64,000 bases of DNA from a phage. The stretch lies in sequence record OZ317122.1. One strand, written 5' to 3'. Position 1 is the stretch's first letter, and every line of letters starts with the position of its first letter. Shown piece after piece: positions 37,893 to 48,724 of the stretch. Under the pieces are notes generated by a model. It saw nothing but the letters and a program-made list of their open reading frames with translations. It searched no databases and was not told where the DNA came from. The position numbers were made by a program, and so were the translations under genes.

Positions 37893-38501
37893 TTATTTAT
37901 TACGTGAAAAAGACTGTTCTATCAATTCTGGACACTTTCGTTCTATCCATTTTCTAGCTTTTTGTGGGCTTATACCTATTATTTTAGCAGCTTTACTAAC
38001 CCATCCAAATTTAGAATAATCGATTTTAACTAATTCTTCGTAAATTTCATCAGTTAAAATCTTTTCATTAATATTTACCAGTAAATGATATAATTTATTA
38101 TCATTAGCAATTTTAATGAATCTTTTATAGTTTCCGCCTTTACTTAAACCTAATGAAGTAATTGCAGATGATATAGTAGCCGAATTTAATAGTGCGTTTA
38201 AAATTTCTTCATCACTAACATTATAACGCTTTCTATTATTTTTAATATTTTTACCAGCAAAAGTATCAGTTTGCGAATGGCAATTTGGACATAATAATCT
38301 TAAATTTGATTTAAGATGATTTTTGTTATTTCCATCAATATGGTCTAATTGTAGAACAATATGCTTATTTTGCCATTTTGAAATTTTACAAATTGCACAC
38401 TCATATGGAAAAATATTTTCTTTTATTATTTTGTCTTTTAGCTTTCCTGTACTAAAATTTGGATGTTTTCCTTCAAAAATTTCAGCTAATTTAGTATCCA
38501 T
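37893..38501 (-). mobile_element. freestanding HNH homing endonuclease adjacent to tRNA cluster
   Basis: HNH/zinc motif LDHIDGNNKNH...LRLLCPNCH; trimmed to ATG at 38499-38501; stop 7 nt from tRNA-Leu. Confidence 0.7.
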
Positions 38502-38611
38502 AATATGATTCCCAATTATTAACAAAGGCTCTTAAGCAAGAACCCTTGATGATAGAGGGTATTAATCAGTGCGATATGAGTTAATAATAACAAATAATTC
38601 TTAAAGCATAT

Positions 38612-38902
38612 TTACCATTTATAATAATAATACATATTTACGATGCATTCAAGACCCAAAGGATTCTTGAAAATATCATATTCAAGAGGACCTTTTTCTG
38701 TTTCAATAAAGAAATCAAAATTTACTGTATTAAATTTACGTTCTTCCTTCACTAATTTAACTTGAGAAGATGAACGGTCAATGTAAACCTTTTCAACTTC
38801 AAAACATGTTAAAATGCCATAATCATTAATCAAAGCTTTAGCCGCGTCTTGATCATATTTATATCCATTTTCAATGGATGATACTTTCGCATAAAGAATC
38901 AT
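38612..38902 (-). CDS. hypothetical protein
   Basis: 96-aa ORF, ATG start. Confidence 0.4.
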   Translation of the reverse strand: MILYAKVSSIENGYKYDQDAAKALINDYGILTCFEVEKVYIDRSSSQVKLVKEERKFNTVNFDFFIETEKGPLEYDIFKNPLGLECIVNMYYYYKW

Positions 38903-38904
38903 TA

Positions 38905-39303
38905 TCAGCCTTCATCAACAATAGTGTGAGTATTAGCATTTACGATTTGCCACCAATCAAAGCGATTAGAATCCATCGGTTTGTTTTCATTTTCTTTGAT
39001 AATGTCACGGAGTTCATCTTCAGAGAATGCTTTAGCAATTAAATCGGTATACCCACCACGGGGATAATAATTATCACCTGCAAACAAAAGGAAATTTACC
39101 TTCCCGGAAGCAACATATGCTTCCTTAGGATACTTGTTTCCTGCGTGGTCAACCACTTCAATATAACGGTAAGGAATATCGGTTCTTTCAACCCATTGCC
39201 ATGCCGCCGCAGGGGAATCGAAAGCATCTACACCTAAACGATTATCTTCATCTTTAGACGGATTATTTTCGTAATCCGCATATACATAATATTCAACGTT
39301 CAT
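38905..39303 (-). CDS. hypothetical acidic protein
   Basis: 132-aa ORF, ATG start. Confidence 0.45.
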   Translation of the reverse strand: MNVEYYVYADYENNPSKDEDNRLGVDAFDSPAAAWQWVERTDIPYRYIEVVDHAGNKYPKEAYVASGKVNFLLFAGDNYYPRGGYTDLIAKAFSEDELRDIIKENENKPMDSNRFDWWQIVNANTHTIVDEG

Positions 39304-39488
39304 TATTCACCTTTAGAAATTTTATCCATAACAATAGCAATTAAACCAATTAAAAATGCTACTACAAGTGAAAACACATTTTCTGCTGTAGTCAATAATC
39401 CACATATAAATCCAACAAACATTGAAAAACTAAAAGCGGAAGCAGAAATTGCAATAGCAACATTTCGAATTAATTCACAACGTTTCAT
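39303..39488 (-). CDS. small membrane protein
   Basis: 61 aa, two hydrophobic helices. Confidence 0.45.
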   Translation of the reverse strand: MKRCELIRNVAIAISASAFSFSMFVGFICGLLTTAENVFSLVVAFLIGLIAIVMDKISKGE

Positions 39489-39507
39489 TTTATTCTCCTC
39501 AGTAGTA

Positions 39508-39560
39508 GATAGGGTAATAGTATCACTACCCTATCTAAAAGTAAACTTATTTTTTACGAA
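39508..39560 (-). promoter_or_regulatory. T4-type early promoter with -10 region inside a 7-bp inverted repeat
   Basis: gataggg taatagtatcacta ccctatc then gtaaac at 39541. Confidence 0.5.
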
Positions 39561-39780
39561 AAATTGATTTATTTTCTGCTGCCCATTTTTCAATAACTGC
39601 AGCAGGACCAGTAACAACAATTTTATCACCGTAATCTTCTGCGGCGAGTTGACCGAAATTATCTAATGCATCACGAAGAACTCCATGAGGCATTTCACCC
39701 ATTTTATCTTTCTTGCCAGTGTAAATAAACTCAACTTTTACATCAGCAGTTTCAGCAATAAATTCTTGGTAAGTTTTCAT
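39547..39780 (-). CDS. internal-protein-like capsid-targeted protein (77 aa)
   Basis: Starts MKTYQEFIAE, the canonical T4 internal-protein leader with IAE protease-site motif. Confidence 0.6.
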   Translation of the reverse strand: MKTYQEFIAETADVKVEFIYTGKKDKMGEMPHGVLRDALDNFGQLAAEDYGDKIVVTGPAAVIEKWAAENKSIFRKK

Positions 39781-39807
39781 TTTGATTTCCATTTGGTTTT
39801 GTTTTGA

Positions 39808-39865
39808 TAGGGTAATAGTATCACAACTAAAACCCTATGTAAACAACTTTGTGAAATTATTTTAA
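39808..39865 (-). promoter_or_regulatory. T4-type early promoter
   Basis: atagggtaatagtatcacaactaaaaccctat then gtaaacaactttgtgaaattattttaaatc. Confidence 0.5.
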
Positions 39866-40114
39866 ATCTTCTAATCGTTTCTTCATCTTAGAACCATTTT
39901 TAGCAATTTCTCCTGCATCGGAGCATAATGCTAAAAGTGCTTTAACTTTAGTTTGGTCTCCTTTAAAAGATGAAGGATCGACCGCAGCAGCAAGTTCTTT
40001 AATACGAGAGAAAAGACGCTCAGCTTCAGCTAAAGCCATTCCAAGCTTTACTTCCATACCGTGGGAAGATTCAGTGATAGTAGTTTTTGTAGCAAACTCT
40101 TTGAAAGTTTTCAT
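39857..40114 (-). CDS. internal-protein-like capsid-targeted protein (85 aa)
   Basis: Starts MKTFKEFATKTTITE; AGGAAA ribosome-binding site. Confidence 0.55.
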   Translation of the reverse strand: MKTFKEFATKTTITESSHGMEVKLGMALAEAERLFSRIKELAAAVDPSSFKGDQTKVKALLALCSDAGEIAKNGSKMKKRLEDLK

Positions 40115-40139
40115 TTTTATTTTCCTAATTAATTTTGAT

Positions 40140-40872
<733 letters not shown>

Positions 40873-40873
<1 letters not shown>

Positions 40874-41598
40874 TATAGTACCTTTAGTGTATTTTTAATT
40901 TTAGAAAAAAGTTCTTCAAGAGAACCATCGTTTGTAATTACTAAATCGCCATCACGAATTGGCAATCCAGCTTCTGTAATATGTGTATCATTGGATTTTT
41001 GACCAGGACGAACTACATGAATTACTGTAGCACCCATCGCCCTAGCCGCATCCATTTCATGATCTTGACGGGTATCAGGAACGATATAATAATCATAACC
41101 TGAGTTAAATTTATCAAGATAATCTAAAGCAAATAATTTTACCCAGTACATGCGGTCGAAGTTATTAACAATCAAATCCGTACCTAGGGCTTGCATCAGA
41201 CGACGGACTGACCATTGATCTTCAATATTATTTATAACGTCAATAATCTTGTTAAATGCTACGGAATTAACTGATTCTTGTCCTTCGTCATCAAAAACAA
41301 ACACACCTTTAATTGGGCTTTTACCACTAAGATAGCAAAATGCTTGTTCCATAATCGTGATTACTTCTAATTTAGTTAGATTTAAATTAGTCTCACGATC
41401 ATAGTCAATTCCTTCAAACTCTTTACGAGTTAAGCAAGGATAGTCGGTATTTGCTGCAAATACTCCCCATGCATAAGCCAATGCATCCTTAATAGGACCA
41501 GCAAGTTGGTATTTAACTGCAGAATAATTGCTCATGATAAAATCAGCAGTAGTATCTTTTCCACTACGCTTTACACCGCTTAAAAAGATTAGTTTCAT
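40873..41598 (-). CDS. 1: deoxynucleoside monophosphate kinase gp1
   Basis: 241 aa; P-loop GVKRSGKDT; size and synteny as T4 gene 1. Confidence 0.85.
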
Positions 41599-41647
41599 AT
41601 GTTTCTCCTCAAATTTAGTTAAAATTATAACACATGAAACTGAAGCA

Positions 41648-42178
41648 TTAAACTTCCGCTATAATTTTTCCATCTTTTTCTACTTGAAAATACGTATAAG
41701 GAATCGTTGCTGTACATACTAAAGCCGGGTCTGAATCTTCTGTGTAGCTAAATTCTACTTCAGACAGGTCAGAAACCCAAGGCTTATAAAAATTTATTGA
41801 CATCACGATTTCAGTTTTGCTATTATCTAAAATGTAAAGCGTAATGTATTCAGGACCTGTTTTTTGGGCAGTATTTTCACCTGTAAGATAGTTGCTAGTT
41901 CCTAGCATCCATTCATACATTCCTATCCATGACTTAAGTTCTTCATCAACTATAAATCTCACGATGAGTGGATCGTACTCAAATGTAGCACCTGGACGTT
42001 GTGCTCGGCCCAGTCCAAACGGCCCAGTCACGGTATCAGTAACAGGTATTCTAATTCCTGGAATAGGAACTGACTGAGCATTTAAAGTAAAAGCAGATGT
42101 AGTATTACTATGTGGTATTGATACTACAAAGTTAGTTGTATTTGCTTGGTTAAAAATTTGTTGCAGTGCTTGCGACAT
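41648..42178 (-). CDS. 3: tail completion/sheath stabiliser gp3
   Basis: Trimmed to ATG at 42176-42178 (GAGGA upstream), 176 aa as T4 gp3. Confidence 0.7.
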   Translation of the reverse strand: MSQALQQIFNQANTTNFVVSIPHSNTTSAFTLNAQSVPIPGIRIPVTDTVTGPFGLGRAQRPGATFEYDPLIVRFIVDEELKSWIGMYEWMLGTSNYLTGENTAQKTGPEYITLYILDNSKTEIVMSINFYKPWVSDLSEVEFSYTEDSDPALVCTATIPYTYFQVEKDGKIIAEV

Positions 42179-42284
42179 ATATTCCTCATAATGCTTTATA
42201 ACTGTTGGTGGTATAATGGGTCTAAGTCCCTTCCATTCAATTCCATTTAGAACAAACAACAGAAAAGAATGGAAGATAATAGAA

Positions 42285-43109
42285 TTAGATATTTGACCAG
42301 ACTTTGTTTGCAGAGAAACGTTTTCCTTTTGAAACGAACTGCTGAAGTGGCATTAACACAACGTTCGCCCAGTCTTTCGGGGCGATTTCAACAAGGCTAC
42401 CCATAATATTACCAGGTATATATGCCTTAATCATTTGGTCTGCACCCCTAAATCCTTTCACTTGACTCCAATCAATTTTTAATTTCGTTTTATTAGTAAT
42501 AGTAGGTGTATTTGAATATTGCTTTAAAAGCTCTTCTAGGAATTGCTGGCGAGCTTTAGGTGGAATATAGTGCAAGTTCAATCCGTACATTAAATTATGC
42601 TTACCTAAACCAAGGTAAATTATCAAAGGAAATTTATCCCAGTAAGGAAGAGTTTCCTTGTGTTTAGCATCATAAGCAAAAGCATATATTCGTCCCGGCT
42701 GCGGGCGAACAACTTTATGTCCTTTTACTTGCTTAATAGTTTCAGCAAACCACTTTCTGGTTTTATTATTAATTGCTGCGCCTTCATTACGAATTTTATC
42801 GCGCAATGTTTGTCTGAATGAATTTATCATAAGCAGTTGTCTTTCTTGCTTATTGAGTTTATTCATTGGTTTTGATTCAAGCTTTTGAATCTTTTCAGCC
42901 GTTTTAATTCCTGAAGCATATTTTGACATTGCTGAAGTAAACGTAGAGTATTTGATTCCTCTTTCTTCAGCAAATTGCTTTCCGGTCATTCCTTTTGCTT
43001 TGGCCTTTTTATATTCAAGACCTATCTGAATCCATTTCTTTTCGTTTAATGATTGCTTAACCTTTGGAACTTGGGGAGTGCTTTCATTAATTATTTGAAA
43101 AATAGCCAT
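42285..43109 (-). CDS. 2: DNA end-protector protein gp2
   Basis: 274 aa, size and synteny as T4 gp2. Confidence 0.75.
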   Translation of the reverse strand: MAIFQIINESTPQVPKVKQSLNEKKWIQIGLEYKKAKAKGMTGKQFAEERGIKYSTFTSAMSKYASGIKTAEKIQKLESKPMNKLNKQERQLLMINSFRQTLRDKIRNEGAAINNKTRKWFAETIKQVKGHKVVRPQPGRIYAFAYDAKHKETLPYWDKFPLIIYLGLGKHNLMYGLNLHYIPPKARQQFLEELLKQYSNTPTITNKTKLKIDWSQVKGFRGADQMIKAYIPGNIMGSLVEIAPKDWANVVLMPLQQFVSKGKRFSANKVWSNI

Positions 43110-43561
43110 TATGCCCCCTTAAAGCCAAGAGCTCGTAATCCATCTTCTGTTAAAATTCTAAATTTTATTCCACGCTTTTCAGCTAAAGCTTGAGCTGCTT
43201 TCCATTTGTCAGTATTAACGGAATATGTATAAATTTCATTCATAAATCTTTTCTTCGCTGCAGTTGTTAGATGTGCTGGTTTAACTGGTGGTTGTGTTTC
43301 TTTTTTAGGTTTTATTTCAATAAAAAATTCTTGTCCAGAAGAATCTTTCATCCAAATATCCATGAAGTATCTACGTTTTTTCCCTTCTGCATTACAAAAA
43401 TAAGGAATTACTGCTGTTTCACTACCCCATGCAATAATTTCTGGATTTTTATCTAACCATTCAAAAAAGAATTTTTCCCAATTTGATCTATACGTAATTT
43501 TTTTAGGGTCACCTCTATACTTTGATATATTTTTAGGAACCCATTTTCCAGAATATGCCAT
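43109..43561 (-). CDS. 4: head completion protein gp4
   Basis: 150 aa, size and synteny as T4 gp4; late promoter upstream. Confidence 0.75.
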   Translation of the reverse strand: MAYSGKWVPKNISKYRGDPKKITYRSNWEKFFFEWLDKNPEIIAWGSETAVIPYFCNAEGKKRRYFMDIWMKDSSGQEFFIEIKPKKETQPPVKPAHLTTAAKKRFMNEIYTYSVNTDKWKAAQALAEKRGIKFRILTEDGLRALGFKGA

Positions 43562-43572
43562 TGGATTCTCCT

Positions 43573-43580
43573 TATAAATA
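43573..43580 (+). promoter_or_regulatory. late promoter TATAAATA for gene 53
   Basis: Exact TATAAATA about 30 nt upstream of gene 53 ATG. Confidence 0.6.
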
Positions 43581-43587
43581 GATAATA

Positions 43588-43595
43588 TATTTATA
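43588..43595 (-). promoter_or_regulatory. late promoter TATAAATA for gene 4 (divergent)
   Basis: Plus-strand tatttata about 27 nt upstream of gene 4 ATG. Confidence 0.55.
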
Positions 43596-43608
43596 AACAG
43601 GAGGGCCC

Positions 43609-44199
43609 ATGCTCTTTACATTTTTTGATCCGATTGAATATGCGGCCAAAACGGTGAATAAAAACGCGCCGACTATTCCTATGACAGATATTTTTAGAAA
43701 CTATAAAGACTATTTTAAACGCGCTCTTGCGGGATACCGCTTACGTACTTATTATATCAAAGGTTCACCACGCCCGGAAGAATTAGCAAATACTATATAT
43801 GGAAATCCACAGTTGTATTGGGTTTTATTGATGTGTAATGATAATTATGACCCGTATTATGGATGGATTACTTCACAAGAAGCAGCTTATCAAGCATCTA
43901 TACAAAAATACAAAAATGTAGGTGGAGACCAAATAGTATATCATGTGAATGAGAACGGTGAAAAATTTTATAATTTAATATCATACGATGATAATCCATA
44001 TGTTTGGTATGATAAAGGTGATAAAGCTAGAAAATATCCTCAATATGAAGGAGCACTTGCTGCTGTTAATACGTATGAAGATGCTGTTCTTGAAAATGAA
44101 AAACTTCGTCAAATAAAAATAATAGCAAAATCAGACATTAATTCATTTATGAACGACCTTATACGTATAATGGAGAAATCTTATGGAAATGATAAGTAA
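43609..44199 (+). CDS. 53: baseplate wedge protein gp53
   Basis: 196 aa, AGGAGG ribosome-binding site; size and synteny. Confidence 0.8.
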   Translation: MLFTFFDPIEYAAKTVNKNAPTIPMTDIFRNYKDYFKRALAGYRLRTYYIKGSPRPEELANTIYGNPQLYWVLLMCNDNYDPYYGWITSQEAAYQASIQKYKNVGGDQIVYHVNENGEKFYNLISYDDNPYVWYDKGDKARKYPQYEGALAAVNTYEDAVLENEKLRQIKIIAKSDINSFMNDLIRIMEKSYGNDK

Positions 44200-45910
44200 T
44201 AACCTTAATTGGTTTGTTGGTGTTGTTGAAGATAGAATGGACCCATTAAAATTAGGTCGTGTTCGTGTTCGTGTGGTTGGTCTGCATCCACCTCAAAGAG
44301 CACAAGGCGATGTAATGGGTATTCCAACTGAAAAATTACCATGGATGTCAGTTATTCAACCTATAACTTCTGCAGCAATGTCTGGAATTGGAGGTTCTGT
44401 TACTGGACCGGTAGAAGGAACTAGAGTTTATGGTCATTTTTTAGACAAATGGAAAACTAACGGAATTGTCCTTGGCACGTATGGTGGAATAGTTCGCGAA
44501 AAACCGAATAGACTTGAAGGATTTTCTGACCCAACTGGGCAATATCCTAGACGTTTAGGAAATGATACTAATGTATTAAACCAAGGCGGAGAAGTAGGAT
44601 ATGATTCGTCTTCTAACATTATCCAAGATAGTAACTTAGACACTGCAATAAATCCCGATGATAGACCACTATCAGAGATTCCAACCGATGATAATCCAAA
44701 TATGTCAATGGCTGACATGCTTCGCCGTGATGAAGGATTAAGACTAAAAGTTTATTGGGATACTGAAGGATATCCGACAATTGGTATTGGTCATCTTATC
44801 ATGAAGCAGCCAGTTCGTGATATGGCTCAAATTAATAAAGTTTTATCAAAACAAGTTGGTCGTGAAATTACTGGAAACCCAGGTTCTATTACGATGGAAG
44901 AGGCGACGACTTTATTTGAACGTGATTTGGCTGATATGCAACGGGACATTAAATCACATTCTAAAGTAGGACCAGTCTGGCAAGCTGTCAACCGTTCTCG
45001 TCAAATGGCGTTAGAAAATATGGCATTTCAAATGGGTGTTGGCGGTGTAGCTAAATTTAACACAATGTTAACTGCTATGTTAGCCGGAGATTGGGAAAAA
45101 GCATATAAAGCCGGTCGTGATTCATTGTGGTATCAACAAACAAAAGGCCGTGCATCCCGTGTTACCATGATTATTCTTACGGGGAATTTGGAATCATATG
45201 GTGTTGAAGTGAAAACCCCAGCTAGGTCTCTATCAGCAATGGCTGCTACTGTAGCTAAATCTTCTGACCCGGCTGACCCTCCTATTCCAAATGACTCGAG
45301 AATTTTATTCAAAGAACCAGTTTCTTCATATAAAGGTGAATATCCTTATGTGCATACAATGGAAACTGAAAGCGGACATATTCAGGAATTTGATGATACT
45401 CCTGGGCAAGAACGATACAGATTAGTTCATCCGACTGGAACTTATGAAGAAGTATCACCGTCAGGAAGAAGAACAAGAAAAACTGTCGATAATTTGTATG
45501 ATATAACCAACGCTGATGGTAATTTTTTGGTAGCCGGTGATAAAAAGACTAACGTCGGTGGATCAGAAATTTATTACAACATGGATAATCGTCTTCACCA
45601 AATAGATGGAAGCAATACAATATTTGTACGTGGCGATGAAACTAAGACAGTTGAAGGCAATGGAACTATCCTAGTTAAAGGTAATGTTACTATTGTAGTT
45701 GAAGGTAATGCTGACATTACAGTTAAAGGAGATGCTACCACTTTAGTTGAAGGAAATCAAACTAACACAGTAAATGGAAATCTTTCTTGGAAAGTTGCTG
45801 GGACAGTTGATTGGGACGTTGGTGGTGATTGGACAGAAAAAATGGCATCTATGAGTTCTATTTCATCTGGTCAATACACAATTGATGGATCGAGGATTGA
45901 CATTGGCTAA
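44183..45910 (+). CDS. 5: baseplate hub/tail lysozyme gp5
   Basis: 575 aa; OB-fold N-terminus, lysozyme domain (DEGLRLKVYWDTEGYPTIGIGH), beta-helix VEGN repeats. Confidence 0.95.
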   Translation: MEMISNNLNWFVGVVEDRMDPLKLGRVRVRVVGLHPPQRAQGDVMGIPTEKLPWMSVIQPITSAAMSGIGGSVTGPVEGTRVYGHFLDKWKTNGIVLGTYGGIVREKPNRLEGFSDPTGQYPRRLGNDTNVLNQGGEVGYDSSSNIIQDSNLDTAINPDDRPLSEIPTDDNPNMSMADMLRRDEGLRLKVYWDTEGYPTIGIGHLIMKQPVRDMAQINKVLSKQVGREITGNPGSITMEEATTLFERDLADMQRDIKSHSKVGPVWQAVNRSRQMALENMAFQMGVGGVAKFNTMLTAMLAGDWEKAYKAGRDSLWYQQTKGRASRVTMIILTGNLESYGVEVKTPARSLSAMAATVAKSSDPADPPIPNDSRILFKEPVSSYKGEYPYVHTMETESGHIQEFDDTPGQERYRLVHPTGTYEEVSPSGRRTRKTVDNLYDITNADGNFLVAGDKKTNVGGSEIYYNMDNRLHQIDGSNTIFVRGDETKTVEGNGTILVKGNVTIVVEGNADITVKGDATTLVEGNQTNTVNGNLSWKVAGTVDWDVGGDWTEKMASMSSISSGQYTIDGSRIDIG

Positions 45911-45944
45911 TATACTTCCAATGAGCGCTGATTTAGGAGAATCC

Positions 45945-46439
45945 ATGGAAGGTTCTTCTATCGACGTCACCTTTACCGCTCAATTAGAAACAGGTGAAAC
46001 GTTAGTATCTATAAATATAACTAGTTACGAAGAAACTCCTGGGGTTTTAGTAGAAGAAAATCGCTTATACGGAACATATGAATCTGTGTTTGGATTTGGA
46101 AATGACGCGTTGAAATATCGTTTAGGCGATGAATTTAAAACTGCTGCTTCATGGGAAGAACTTCCTACTGATTCTGATACTCAGTTGTATTTATGGAAAG
46201 CTCCTCAAAACCTCCAGAAGACATTCACTTACGAAGTAACATTAATATATGACTACCAAGAACAAAGTGAATCTGGAGGTTCTGGCAGTAATTCTAGGTC
46301 ATCTTCTGATACTACTGAACCGACAGGTCCTCCTGCTCCAGTAAGAAAAACTCTCGTTAAAAATTATACTAAAACTATAGTTGGAAATTGGAGTCGTTGG
46401 GCTAATAAATTAAGAAGCTATGTGTATGAGAGGTCATAG
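45945..46439 (+). CDS. gp5.1-like protein
   Basis: Start set at ATG 45945 with AGGAGA upstream; ORF track starts earlier at 45882. Confidence 0.5.
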
Positions 46440-46733
46440 ATGTCAGGATTAAGTTATGATAAATGTGTTACTGCTGGTCATGAAGCGTGGCCTCCAACAG
46501 TTGTGAATGCTACACAAAGTAAAGTATTCACTGGAGGAATTGCTGTTCTCGTAGCAGGTGATCCAATTACAGAACATACAGAAATTAAAAAGCCATATGA
46601 AACACATGGCGGAGTGACACAACCCAGAACTTCTAAGGTATATGTCACTGGAAAGAAAGCTGTTCAAATGGCTGATCCAATATCATGCGGTGATACTGTG
46701 GCTCAGGCATCATCTAAAGTATTCATTAAATAG
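46440..46733 (+). CDS. 5.4: spike-tip PAAR-like protein gp5.4
   Basis: 97 aa; size and position after gene 5/5.1. Confidence 0.7.
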
Positions 46734-46741
46734 GATTTAAA

Positions 46742-48724
46742 ATGGCAAATACCCCTGTAAATTATCAATTAACAAGAACAGCAAATGCTATTCCCGAGAT
46801 ATTCGTCGGGGGTACATTTGCTGAAATAAAACAAAACCTCATTGAATGGCTTAATGGCCAAAATGAATTTTTGGATTATGATTTTGAAGGCTCAAGATTA
46901 AACGTTCTGTGTGACCTTTTAGCTTATAATACATTGTACATTCAACAGTTTGGTAATGCTGCTGTGTATGAAAGCTTTATGCGTACTGCTAACTTACGAA
47001 GTTCAGTTGTTCAAGCTGCACAAGATAACGGATATTTACCTACTTCAAAATCCGCTGCGCAGACCGAAATTATGTTAACATGCACCGACGCATTGAATAG
47101 GAATTACATTACTATTCCTCGCGGAACTCGCTTTTTAGCATATGCAAAAGATACTTCTGTTAATCCATATAACTTCGTTTCTACCGAAGACGTTATTGCT
47201 ATTCGTGATAAAAATAACCAATATTTTCCGCGTTTAAAATTGGCCCAGGGACGTATAGTAAGAACTGAAATCATTTATGATAAATTAACACCTATTATCA
47301 TTTATGATAAAAATATTGATAGAAACCAGGTTAAATTATACGTTGATGGAGCAGAATGGATTAACTGGACAAGAAAGTCAATGGTTCATGCTGGTTCTAC
47401 ATCGACAATTTACTACATGCGTGAAACTATTGATGGAAATACTGAATTCTATTTTGGTGAAGGTGAAATTTCTGTTAATGCTTCTGAAGGAGCTTTGACC
47501 GCTAATTATATCGGAGGTCTTAAACCTACTCAGAACTCTACGATTGTTATTGAGTACATCAGTACTAATGGTGCTGACGCGAACGGAGCAGTCGGATTTT
47601 CATACGCAGATACATTAACAAATATAACTGTCATCAATATTAATGAAAATCCAAACGATGACCCAGATTTTGTTGGGGCAGATGGCGGCGGTGATCCAGA
47701 AGATATTGAGCGTATCCGCGAATTGGGTACTATTAAACGCGAAACCCAGCAACGCTGCGTAACTGCGACTGACTATGATACATTCGTTTCAGAGAGATTT
47801 GGTTCTATTATTCAAGCAGTTCAGACTTTCACTGATTCTACTAAACCTGGTTATGCATTTATTGCTGCTAAACCTAAATCAGGTCTGTATTTAACTACTG
47901 TACAGCGTGAAGATATTAAAAATTATCTCAAAGACTATAATTTAGCTCCTATTACGCCATCAATTATTTCTCCTAATTATCTTTTTATTAAGACTAATTT
48001 AAAAGTCACATATGCTTTAAATAAGCTGCAAGAATCCGAACAGTGGCTCGAAGGTCAAATAATTGATAAAATTGATCGTTATTATACCGAAGACGTAGAA
48101 ATTTTTAATTCATCTTTCGCTAAATCTAAGATGTTGACATATGTAGATGATGCAGATCATTCTATCATTGGCTCATCAGCGACAATTCAAATTGTTCGTG
48201 AAGTACAAAACTTCTATAAAACGCCTGAAGCAGGTATTAAATACAATAATCAAATAAAAGATCGTTCTATGGAATCTAATACGTTTTCATTTAATTCTGG
48301 ACGAAAGGTTGTAAATCCTGATACTGGTTTAGAAGAAGATGTATTATATGATGTTCGTATAGTATCAACAGACCGAGATTCTAAAGGAATTGGTAAAGTT
48401 ATTATTGGTCCATTTGCTTCTGGCGATGTTACAGAAAATGAAAACATTCAGCCATATACAGGCAATGATTTTAATAAATTAGCAAATTCTGATGGACGCG
48501 ACAAATACTATGTTATCGGTGAAATAAATTATCCGGCTGACATGATTTATTGGAATATCGCTAAAATTAATTTAACATCTGAAAAATTTGAGGTTCAGAC
48601 TATTGAATTATATTCTGACCCAACCGATGATGTTATCTTTACCCGTGATGGTTCACTGATTGTATTTGAAAATGATTTACGTCCGCAATACTTAACTATC
48701 GATTTGGAGCCTATATCACAATGA
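46742..48724 (+). CDS. 6: baseplate wedge protein gp6
   Basis: 660 aa, as T4 gp6. Confidence 0.85.
   Translation: MANTPVNYQLTRTANAIPEIFVGGTFAEIKQNLIEWLNGQNEFLDYDFEGSRLNVLCDLLAYNTLYIQQFGNAAVYESFMRTANLRSSVVQAAQDNGYLPTSKSAAQTEIMLTCTDALNRNYITIPRGTRFLAYAKDTSVNPYNFVSTEDVIAIRDKNNQYFPRLKLAQGRIVRTEIIYDKLTPIIIYDKNIDRNQVKLYVDGAEWINWTRKSMVHAGSTSTIYYMRETIDGNTEFYFGEGEISVNASEGALTANYIGGLKPTQNSTIVIEYISTNGADANGAVGFSYADTLTNITVININENPNDDPDFVGADGGGDPEDIERIRELGTIKRETQQRCVTATDYDTFVSERFGSIIQAVQTFTDSTKPGYAFIAAKPKSGLYLTTVQREDIKNYLKDYNLAPITPSIISPNYLFIKTNLKVTYALNKLQESEQWLEGQIIDKIDRYYTEDVEIFNSSFAKSKMLTYVDDADHSIIGSSATIQIVREVQNFYKTPEAGIKYNNQIKDRSMESNTFSFNSGRKVVNPDTGLEEDVLYDVRIVSTDRDSKGIGKVIIGPFASGDVTENENIQPYTGNDFNKLANSDGRDKYYVIGEINYPADMIYWNIAKINLTSEKFEVQTIELYSDPTDDVIFTRDGSLIVFENDLRPQYLTIDLEPISQ

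Noticed and set aside
42179-42284. Possible late promoter between genes 2 and 3
   Set aside because: The best candidate is TTATAAAG, not an exact TATAAATA; too weak to call
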